A DNA stretch of 64,000 bases. Source: Neoechinorhynchus agilis (taxonomy: Eukaryota > Animalia > Acanthocephala). The position numbers were made by a program, and so were the translations under genes. The first letter of the stretch is position 1. The number at the start of each line of letters is the position of its first letter. Positions 49,843-60,224 of the stretch are shown here, in pieces. Under the pieces are notes generated by a model. It had not been told where the DNA came from. It made no database searches and saw nothing but the letters and a program-made list of their open reading frames with translations. The stretch covers positions 10,642,784 through 10,706,783 of the forward strand of contig CM121341.1 in NCBI GenBank assembly GCA_051530055.1. The letters run 5' to 3'.

Positions 49843-51125
49843 TCACCACCGTCCGCAAAATCGGAGCTTCTCTCCTTCCTCGACTGTCGCTATCACGCTA
49901 GCAGCATTGCCTCGTTGTACTGCGAGTGAGATATTTTGTCGAAGGAATACACCTGCTCGTGCATCGCCGGTCGTTTCTCTCAATATCTTCGAGAGATCCT
50001 GGAGCAGAGTGAGTGCCAAGCTGCCAAGCGCTCCATACGTCTTTACTCCGAAGGGGACAAATAGTGGGAACTTGCTAATCGACCTTTCCTCCCTTCCGCT
50101 GCACTGGCGGCACCACCGGCGACTTCGAGAGAGAAGGGAATGTTGTTTACTACGAGGGTGCCCACACACGTGGCGTCCCAGAGAAGGCATTTGCCCCCCC
50201 CCCGCCACGGGAAAACCGAAATTCCATCGGGCCTACGGCCGTCTAGTCTACAGAGGTGGGCGGCTTCCAGGATGTTCGGGAAGCTCGCCGTTCTCAACGC
50301 CCGAGAAATTGCGTTATTGATTTCAGAAGGGCGTGGGAACCTTCCTCCTGACTTTCGGCAAACGAGACCGTGTCGCCAGCGAGCACCAACCAAAGACCCA
50401 CATCGACAGCGATGGGGCGTGCATATCGGGAGACCAAGTCTTAAGGATACTGCGATCCTCGTTACCTCGTCAGTAAGAAGAGTTCCCACTGATGCCAGAG
50501 GTACAGCCTCCAACCACGCCCCAGATTCTCGTGTTGAAACTGCCAACAGTCTAGCTCGGACGACCCCATCGCGAGAACCTGAAAGTAGAGAGCTGTGAGC
50601 TCTCGCGACAAGAGGTCCGTCCCAGATCGACTGTCTGAAGCCATTCACGGGAACATGGTTAGCGCTGTCTGCTGGCACCATTCCTCAACCGCCACCACGA
50701 AATCCGACTGGTAGGCTCCCCTCAAACGATCCAAGAGAGGCTGGCAAAGCAAGGCCCACTAGTGCCCGAATTCCCAATCCCCCAGATGACAAAGGCAAAG
50801 AAGCTGAGCTGGACATTTAAAATACGCTCGAGACAAGCCCTCACCTTGTCGTCGAGCTTAGCCAATCCTTCCTTATGTTTGAAAAATGTAATTTGGGATA
50901 AAGAGTACGTTCTTTATCAGAACTAACGCTTCGTGAGCCTAGAGAGCGCTCATTTTATCGCACAGCAACGAAAGTTTCGGTATCATACGGCCGATCTCAT
51001 CTTCCACATTTGAATCGAAGGCGCAACTGCCCAGGAGACTGAGTTGCTCCTGAGTCACGAGTTTCAGACCTGGAGCTACGGTCTCAAACCCATCCATTAG
51101 CTCCTTGACTTTGGCGGTGTGTAGA
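49843..51125 (-). mobile_element. Decayed CRE-like copy with internal deletions
   Basis: Collinear with 1963-3340. Confidence 0.85.
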
Positions 51126-51791
51126 AAATACAAAACTCTTCAATCGATTCTAAATCGGTGAATTACTAATAGCCATGAACTGTTAAGACCGCTAGCCCAG
51201 TGGATCCTTGTAGCGATCCCAAATATCTCAATGAATGTTACAGTTGGAGATTCTAGGACGGGTGGATATTGAAATCGATACGTCTGAAATGATTAATCTG
51301 AACCAACTTCTCTGGATTGTTCTTTGGAATATGCGTAGGACGGCATTCAATAATATAATATTTTTAAGATTTGAGTAGGATTCCGCAGTTAGCGTGATGT
51401 TATAAAAAGTACAGTGTCATTTATAATCTCTGATCAATGCATCTAGAAGTTATTTTTAATGAAATTTTCAAAAACAATGAGCGACTTTCGTCCGTCAATG
51501 TAAATTTTTGGAGGAGTAGAAGCGAATATTGAGTAGATATTCTCGACGCCAAAGAGCCTAAAAGTCCAATGACTGTTGGATCAAACTATGATTTTCTCTT
51601 ATTATCGATTAATACAAATAGGTAATTCCGTTCAAAGTTATAACAGCAAGAGTGAACGGATACCCAGAAGGATAATTAAATGGAAATTGACGGTAGCCAG
51701 TCGCAAGAAATATTCCAACGTCCAGAACGCTCAAAATTCCAACGAAAGCGATGGCTCCGATACCACTAATAGTCCCAAACGATGTTACCAG

Positions 51792-51942
51792 CATTAACAT
51801 TGTTAGTTGTTTTATGGCGAGGAAATTAAAATGATTTGATTTTAAATTCGATATTTCGGCACAATCTTGTGCCAATTATTTTAATTTCTTCGCCATAAAG
51901 CAATAAATAAGAACAGTTCAATCTTCAAACATTAACATTGTT
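51792..51942. mobile_element. Second copy of the short palindromic element, with a different 13-bp direct repeat
   Basis: CATTAACATTGTT at 51792-51804 and 51930-51942; same tail AGTTCAATCTTCAAA. Confidence 0.75.
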
Positions 51943-52714
51943 CAAGAAATGAAAGAATCATTAAAGATGATAACAAAAAATGAATTTTAAATCGACAAAC
52001 TTAAATTTTTGGGGATTGACGCGATTTTTATCTGGAGGTTAAAGTTGATCTGCCGTTTTTACGGTTTTTATCTCAGAATAAATTCATTTAGGTTCAATTT
52101 TTGTAATTTCTAAATGAGATCTTTATGATTTTCATTAGTCTAAAAATAGTGTAGATTTCCATCGCTTTTCTATCTTTGGAGAATTGTTTTGTTTTTTAAT
52201 GTTCATTTTTATTGTAAAGTGAACCAACCATTAACTATATGTCAAATTTTAAACGACACAAACTTTCTTGGACTCACAAATAAATATTTCATTTTGTAAA
52301 TCGATTTAATCGCCATTTTTTAATTTAACAATCGATCACAAATGCCGATTTGTCTAGAAATCAGTGGAAAAAGCGTTTGAGATTAAACCGAGGACGAACA
52401 TTGTGAACTCCCTCACGTCTCACCACTTCAAAACCTTTGTTTTCAATTCTATTCATGGCTTGACAAATAAACATAATGATTCCAAAAGTAGAGCTGTCCT
52501 CTGTTTAACTCAATTCAAAGGAGTCATCTAGAGATGAAAACAACTATAAAATACACCGCCGTAATTTATATTTTGAATTGTTTATTTTTAATCGACGACA
52601 ATTTATTTATCCTCTGTTTTAAAGGTGGCCTTTTTTCACGGCTGACAATTTTCCAAGAACGCACACAGTGAACCGATATCTTGCATCAGGGAAACGCATA
52701 AAATCAATTAATAT

Positions 52715-52945
52715 CCTTATCCATACGCGGTTCTAAGTTTATAAGAATCCCTCCGGATCCTTAAATATCTCCCAAGGTGGCGTGATTCATCAGTCAGTTT
52801 CCTCCTCCCTCCAACGAGATATTTCATCTTTTTTGGTTAGGAGTCATGGGCAGTTGTAGATTTTTAACCCTTTTACCCAAACTGGGATAAGGACCAAACA
52901 CAGGGTAAAAGTCCTCGGCTGGCCAGACTTCAAATTTTTTTTTAT
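52715..52945 (-). mobile_element. Degenerate family-A-related element
   Basis: GATGAAATATCTCG..GGAGGAAACTGACTGATGAATC..GGGAGATATTTAAGGATCCGG. Confidence 0.6.
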
Positions 52946-53103
52946 TAAATTATACTTGCAACATCAATAAAAGCACAGCTCGCCACCGGTGGAAGTCGGG
53001 CCCATAATGCTGGTGGCGTTATCCTCTGAGGAAAGTCTTATTCCTGCGGTCGCTTCCCTCATTCGACGGCCCAATTTGTTGCAACGATGGATACTTTAAC
53101 TAT

Positions 53104-54619
53104 ATGAACATTGACTCCCATTCGATTTTTCCTTCACTCTCAGAAACCACACAAGCCCAATGGAGCACCTTTTATTGGCTTCAGATGACTAATCTCGAAA
53201 CGCAATCCGACGATCCTAGAAGTCATCATTGTCCTTACCTGGACACCATTGACCGAAATATGCTTGATTTTGATTTCGAAAAGCTTTGTTCAGTCTGCCT
53301 GTCGAACAATAACGTCTACGCGTGCCTCGTTTGTGGCAAATATTATCAAGGACGTGGTCAAAACTCACATGCTTACATTCACAGCCTTGAGAACGGTCAC
53401 CATGTCTTTATAAACCTCCATAATCTCCGATTCTACTGCCTTCCTGATAATTATCTAATTATGGACAGCTCATTGGATGATATAAAGTACGTCCTTAATC
53501 CAACTTACACTCCTGAATCCATTGATGAACTCGATACAAGTCAAACGAAATGCCGATCATTTAACGGAGTCCTCTACTATCCCGGTATCATTGGTCTAAA
53601 TAATATAAAAGCTAACGATTATTGCAATGTTGTCCTACTTGCATTGTCTCACGTCAAACCGCTTCGAGATTTTTTCCTCCTTCAGGAAAACTATGAAGCT
53701 CTGAAACAAAGACCAATGAGTGCCAGTGTTCGCTTGGTTCTTCGATTCGGTGAACTAGTCCGAAAGCTCTGGAATCCACGGAATTTTAAGCCGCACGTAA
53801 GTCCACATGAAATGTTACAAGCCATAGTTCAATCGAGTTCGAAACAGTTTAAAATAACTGAACAAGGAGACCCAGTAAAATTGACTAGTTGGCTCCTCAA
53901 TAATCTCCACATGACACTAAAAAGTCTAAAGACAAAGAATTGTACGCACGAAGCTTAAGAATGAACGAATGTTAACTCTGTTTCGTTCTTCGGTTTATAA
54001 AATCGTTACTATGACATTCGAAGGCCGTCTTCAGATTTCGTCAAGACGAGTTGCTAATAGTGAGTACATTGATTGCGCAAAAAACACGATGGATTATCCA
54101 GAAGAGGTACCTTTTCTTTGTCTCAACGTAGACTTGCCACCAGTTCCTCTTTTTCAAGATGAGAGAAAACAAAGCTTAATTCCACAAGTGCCACTGCTTA
54201 CAATTTTAAATAAATTCGACGGAAAATGTGAACACGAATACAAAACGTATAAGGAAAATTTCATGAAACGATATCGAATACTTCGACTGCCAGAATACAT
54301 TATTATTTATTACCAACGATTCACTCGAAACAATTTTTATCTTGAAAAGAATAACACCATAGTAAATTTTCCAATAAAAGACGTTGATTTCGGATTTCTG
54401 ATTGATTCTCCAGGATCTGTGACATATAATCTCATTGCCAATATTGTGCACGAAGGTGAACCGAACAAAGGAACCTATAGGATTCATGTGCTTCATAAAA
54501 GCACTGGAACGTGGTTTGAAATGCAAGATTTGCATGTGATTCCAATCCCAGCCCAAATGATCACCTTGTCTGAAGCTTATTTGCAGATATGGGAACGTGT
54601 CAAAAATACCGACAACTAA
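53104..54619 (+). CDS. USP39: U4/U6.U5 tri-snRNP protein USP39/Sad1; segments 53104-53944 and 54000-54619
   Basis: CPYLDTI..LDFDFEKLCS..YACLVCGKY.QGRG; GIIGLNNIKANDYCNVVL; VSPHEMLQA; KRFTKNN-like QRFTRNNF..EKNNTIVNFP. Confidence 0.95.
53943..53999. other. 55-nt TA-bounded insertion in USP39
   Basis: TA at 53943-53944 and 53998-53999; arms CGAAG..AATGAA / TTCGTTCTTCG; removal gives KTKNCKIVTMTFEG. Confidence 0.65.
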
Positions 54620-55250
54620 ATGAGTGCTGTTAAACTGAAGAAACAAGTTTTTACCTTGATTGTCACAAGAATTCCTATAATGTCAATGTGATCAACTGTT
54701 TAGAATTGGACTCCTTAAAAAATTAAGAAATAGAATTGAAGTTTAAATCGATGCAGATTCATGCTTTCTGTTTTTCAACAATATTTCGTCCTCTACTGAT
54801 TGGTAATATTTCGTTGTTTAAAAAGAGAAGAAATTAGGATAATTGTGAATTTTACTTAAATCACTCCTTTTCGCATATTTACTAAAATTTTGTTTAAGAA
54901 ATATCATTTTCATAATTAATATAGAGGATGTCGATATGTGAGCTGCTGGATATATGATTAGGATTATTGTTTAGAAATCTTCACGCGGTAAATAAGTTTT
55001 TTGAACGGTGAACGCCTCTACTTTTGTAACCGAATACTTCTACATTTACGACGGCTTTGTTATTTTTATCCATTTGAATTTGTATAAAAATGCGGTAATT
55101 TCTCAAAGTGTTATGCCTTCAAAATGACGAACATAATTTTGACATGAATGATTTTTCAATAGATTTAAGAACAATTTTGTCACAAATAATATTGCGGACG
55201 TACCTCGTATGCTTTTTTTAATTTCATTTATTCCACGATTAAAATTTAAA

Positions 55251-56680
55251 TCACTTTTGACTGGACTGTATTAATTTTTTGTAGAAAATGGGAGATGCGC
55301 CACATACAGTTTCCCGCTTGTTAGTTTTGAAAGCAAAGTCATCTGCCAACTCAATATCCTTCCACGTTTTCGCCGTATTAGGTGTTCGATCGCACATTAT
55401 TGGTTCCAACGGTTCGATTGTAGGAAATAGTGAATTTCTTGCTTCATACTCTTCACAGCGGCACTCCATTAGTCCACAATGTTCGCATTCTCGCTTCGGA
55501 GCACAAATGCAACTCGAAGATCCGCAACATTCGTTGCCGTTGTGACAACTCTTTTTTGTCGGCATGCAAATGCAACTACTCGATTGACAACACTCACTGG
55601 ATCTTCGATTTTGAACACAAAGACAACTTTCTGATAAACAACACTTTTCTTCTGATCGTCCATTTGTTTTTGTGCATGTACAACTCACGGACTCACAGCA
55701 CTTTCCTTTTTCGCAAGAGTATTCTTTAGCCTTTTCTTCAAAACAAACACAGCTTTCCGATTGACAACAATCTGATGAGCACTGCTTCGCCTCACTCACA
55801 CAAGTGCAACTCAATGAGCTACAACATCGTTTTTCCTTACAAGCTCCTTCTAGTGATTGGTTAAAACAAATGCAACTCTTTGATTGGCAACAATCGATCA
55901 AACACGATGTTTTCTGAGTGACGCAAATACAACTATCTGAATCACAGCATTCTTTACAAGATTCCCCAGTCTTTTTTTCTGTAAAACAAACGCAACTTTC
56001 TGATTGGCAGCAGTCTGCGTTACATTGAACGCATGTACAACTCGCGGATCCACAACACTCTCCTTGGTTACATAATTGAGTTTTAAAACAAAGACAGCTA
56101 TCAGATTGACAGCACTTCTCATTGCACTCATTGGAGTCTCCTTTAAAACAAACGCAACTTTCTGATTGGCAGCAGTCTGCGTTACATTGAACGCATGTAC
56201 AACTCGCGGATCCACAACACTCTCCTTGGTTACATAATTGAGTTTTAAAACAAAGACAGCTATCAGATTGACAGCACTTCTCATTGCACTCATTGGAGTC
56301 TCCTTTAAAACAAACGCAACTCCTTGAATCACAACACAAATCGATATTACAGGCTAAACCGGAAGGCTCTTCGCATTCAGAACTACTGCAAGTGCTACAG
56401 GCACATAAGCAAGGCGAGCTGCAAGGACATTCTTGTGAAACTGAGTCACCCTCGTCCACCTTCACGGGTTCTTCGGATTTATCGGTAACAACAGTTGGCG
56501 CTTCAGATTTCTTTTGGGATTCCGCTCTTTGCGTTCGCAAACGGCACCAAGCCTCCAATAGTAGATCCTCACATTCATTATTTAGCCTGTATCGGTCAAA
56601 ATGACGTTCCCATTCGAAATAACCCGATGTCACGGGAAGGTTAACTTTCAAAATATTTTCGAGATCCTGATAATCCTTTT
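55251..56680 (-). CDS. Very Cys-rich protein built from CC-x3-C-x-C repeats (metallothionein-like array); 5' exons unresolved
   Basis: 466-aa ORF with more than a dozen CCxSxSCxC units. Confidence 0.7.
55983..56320. repeat. Exact 162-bp (54-codon) tandem duplication inside the Cys-rich ORF
   Basis: AAAACAAACGCAAC recurs at 55983, 56145 and 56307. Confidence 0.92.
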
Positions 56681-56984
56681 TCTTACCTTAATATGCATTT
56701 GGTTGATTATATAGAAGTGAGAAGTCTCTAGAACAAAAATCAAGCTGACTTAAACTATCTTTCAAAGGTTCAGCTTTCTGAAATAAAAACCAATTAAAAA
56801 TTTGAACGTCACCTATGGTTTTCGCATTTTTCAAATTCTGCCATTAGCAGGAGGAAAACCGAACATTAAATGAAATATCTTTGGAAAATTAATGGACATT
56901 TGGTACATCCTTTTCATGCTATTGCGACACAAAACCACATTTTTGTTATAAAATGGTTTCAAAATGTCGATAGATTACAATTAT

Positions 56985-57145
56985 TGTTTAGATATTCACT
57001 CGGTAAATAAATTTTTTATTAAAAAGTTTCGAACCTCGTCGGGTTCATCAATTTTTTCAATTACAAGCAAACTGATGATGAACTCGACGAGGTTCGCAAC
57101 GCATTAAACAAAAAAAATATTTAGCGGGTGAAGACTTAAACGATC
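56985..57145. repeat. Head-to-head pair of family-D hammerhead termini
   Basis: Minus TTGATGAACCCGACGAGGTTCGAAAC; plus CTGATGATGAACTCGACGAGGTTCGCAAC. Confidence 0.7.
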
Positions 57146-57208
57146 TCCTTTTGAATTCCGAAAAATCCTACAGATTCCGTCGAAGGGAAAGGATTTATCA
57201 TTATAACA

Positions 57209-59560
57209 TTAAATAGCAGAAAGTTGTAATTTTAATGCCAACAAGCTTATATTATAAACGTATTTACCTAATTTAGGTTCCCAAAGCGGCCTTTCACGTT
57301 TCTCCCTTCTCCTTGTCCTCTGAATAATTCTATAAAGGCGATTGCAGTTCCCAAATATTGCATTATCGATTTTTCCATCAGGAACAAGTTCATTTACTTC
57401 ACGGTTTTTTTCCATATCAAATACATCTTTTCCCTTCATGTCATATTTGGCAAGCTTTCTTAAAACATGTTGCTTTTTCCAAAGAGAAACTGGATCACGA
57501 TCTCCTTTTACAATATCTATTGATCTAGCGGCTTAGATGTTTACTATGTTCGTTTAAGCCTTAAACTCACGGCATACACTTCTTTTTCATCGTTCTGGTA
57601 TTCTGAAGCGGCTTGTGTGATCCCAGCATTATTTCGTTCTTACATAAAGATAACTAGAATGAATGAGATTTTAAGTGGTAATCAGATTTAAGTTCGTTTC
57701 AGACCTCTTTTATGTCTGTACGAATATCTCTGAGTTCACTTGCAAGACTCTTTAAAACGTTCAGAAACTCATCTCTTCCGACACATTCAACTTTCTGAGA
57801 AATCAGCTCTTTTATAAAATACGTGATTTCTTCATTTCGATCAAAATAAGGTTCCGCGAGAGGGGCAATATCTTTAAGATTGTACAGATCCTCTTCTATT
57901 TTTGATAATATCTAAATTATTTCAATTTAAATGTTTGCTTCTCAAGAGAACAGAAAGCAATAAGATTGGCCGATCTTGCTTTTGGTTACGTTTCGCTGGA
58001 AATCGCGAATTAATGGAAAATTGTTGAATAAGTATTTGAAAGCGAATTTGTAAAAGATAATATCGTAGCCAACTATTGTCGACAATCAATACTCGCCAAG
58101 AGATGAAGAGCATATTGAATATTAGCGAGTTGAGAAAGTAGAAAAACATGACAAACCTTCTTATCATCATTCGAAATATTTTCTAATTCTTTGTTAATAA
58201 CACTTTTCAAAGCACCTCGAAAATCATTTATTGTAGAGGTCATTTTCTCTAAAGCCTGATTAAATTGCTCCATTGCCTTCGTGGATGACATATTAAATTT
58301 ATTGGAGCTGTGGGGACCTTCATGCGTTGCATTGCGATTGATTGCCCCACAGCCAGATTGATTCCGGTTTAGATTTGAAACTGCGAATCTCAATTTTCGT
58401 AACGTAGACTTGAACTCATCTGTCCCATTGAGATCATCCAAAACTCTCCGATGTGATCCTTTGCTCCCAACGGAGTGTCGACCATAACTTTCATGCAATC
58501 TAAGCACGGAATAAATTAATCTATCCATAGTTGGTTTTATAATTTCAAAGTCGCTAAATAAAGATTGATCGTATAAACAATACTCGTACAGTTTACGTAT
58601 AAACCTTAAAAGTTGATTTCTTATCGATTCGTTTGCTAAAGATTTTATTTGTCCATACATTATACCTAATTGTTGGCCTATTACATGGCAACTTGGAATC
58701 CTACGCTCGCGAATCTGATACAGTCCTTTCTTATTAACCTTGCATGGAATCTAAGTTAAAAAAGAGAGATTAATCATGAACATTAACTAATAATCATACC
58801 CTCGCAGTTTCCGAGGGTTTAGTTTTTCTTTCATTTGACCAATGAGAGAACAGTTTTTTAGGAAGCTCATAATACTGGACGGATTTAGTCGCACAAGCGG
58901 TTAATAACATCCTACCTTTTTATCGTTGGTCTTAAAAAAATTTATAATTTCTTCGTAACCTCTTAGTAAATTTTCAGTTTTCTCCAGCAAACGTGGATCA
59001 ATCTTATTCATGGTGAATATAATGAGTTCAAATAAAAACTAACTCCAACCGAAACATCTTCCTTTTCAGCTTTAGGTACACGATCTTTTAAATGGAGTTT
59101 ACTACTTAATTCTCCATAGGATGAAACGTCGCTCAAAATAGTCTCCATTAAATCATCGATTCTCAGCATCTGTTCAGAATTCATTTGATTGCAGTTTATA
59201 GGAGTGAGCTCTATATTCATTGTTGTCATAGTAAATGAAAACTTTATTATATTTTGTTGTCATAGCGGCGCAATTGAACTTGCCATCTTGTGGATATCGA
59301 TGATAACGGGCTACGTTAATAATAATAAAAAGGATTTGAAACCATGCTATTCTTATAGGTTCTATTCGACTTGACTCGCTCAAAAACGACACTTCATTCT
59401 TCATTACTGACATCAATGATACGAAGCTCATTAATGCATTCAGATTACTATTTGGCAGTACCGAATAGACGACAAAAACTGTTCTTAGTCTTCTCACGAA
59501 CTTCTGAGAAATTATTAAAATGAAGAACAAAAATGTTGATTTTATGTTCTCCTTTTAACA
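57209..59560 (-). CDS. Unidentified multi-exon, helical/coiled-coil protein gene; ends approximate
   Basis: Successive ORFs join through short GT-AG introns (e.g. AAG|GTAGGA..CCAG, AGG|GTATGA..TTAG). Confidence 0.55.
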
Positions 59561-60224
59561 AATTAGATTGAACGCGTCAAATGCTCGTAACGCTCAATCA
59601 AAACGATTGCAATGGAAAAAGAAATATTCGGGGGAGGAAGCCTCGACTCATCAGTCATTGTAAATTAATCGCCGATTAAAATTAATTTAAACCGGGAATA
59701 TCTTCACTGCAATTCTATATTTATTTCAAGGTTACGTGACGCACCTACGCCAACTTTCCTTTATAAACAAAAATTAGAAATAATTTTAAGTGCAAAATTT
59801 AAGTGGCTGTCAGCTGAAAGAGTGAATTATTACTGTGTTACATGTTCAAAGACGCTAATTTTTGGCAAACCAGTGCGGAATGTGCACTTTTGATCGGGAT
59901 TTTCGTGCCAACATTTAAATAATAAATCCAAATCAATCACGATCTTTAGGAGGCAGCAATAAATAAGAATTGGTCGCAATCAACGTTCACTAATACCAAA
60001 CTAGGCGCACGAATATTTCAATGGAGACAAAATGAGAGTAGGTTTGAATTTAAATACAATTTATATAATTAAGAGAGTTCGCAAATACTAAGCATCATGA
60101 ATCACAAATGTCTAAAGTATTCAAATTACTCACTGAGAATCAAGACTCGCTGAGTTTGGCACCAAACAAGCTTAAAAACTACTCTTTCGCTTTAATCCAG
60201 TTGAAAAATAACAACGTGTAACAT

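Noticed and set aside
55983-56320. Regular repeats as a CRISPR-like array
   Set aside because: In-frame coding tandem duplication without unique spacers; eukaryotic context
59220-59266. 34-nt segment between 12-bp direct repeats (CTATGACAACAA) shifting the frame of the unknown gene
   Set aside because: A 34-nt GT-AG intron (GTTTTC..AGAG) restores the frame, and there is no inverted repeat or homologue to test against
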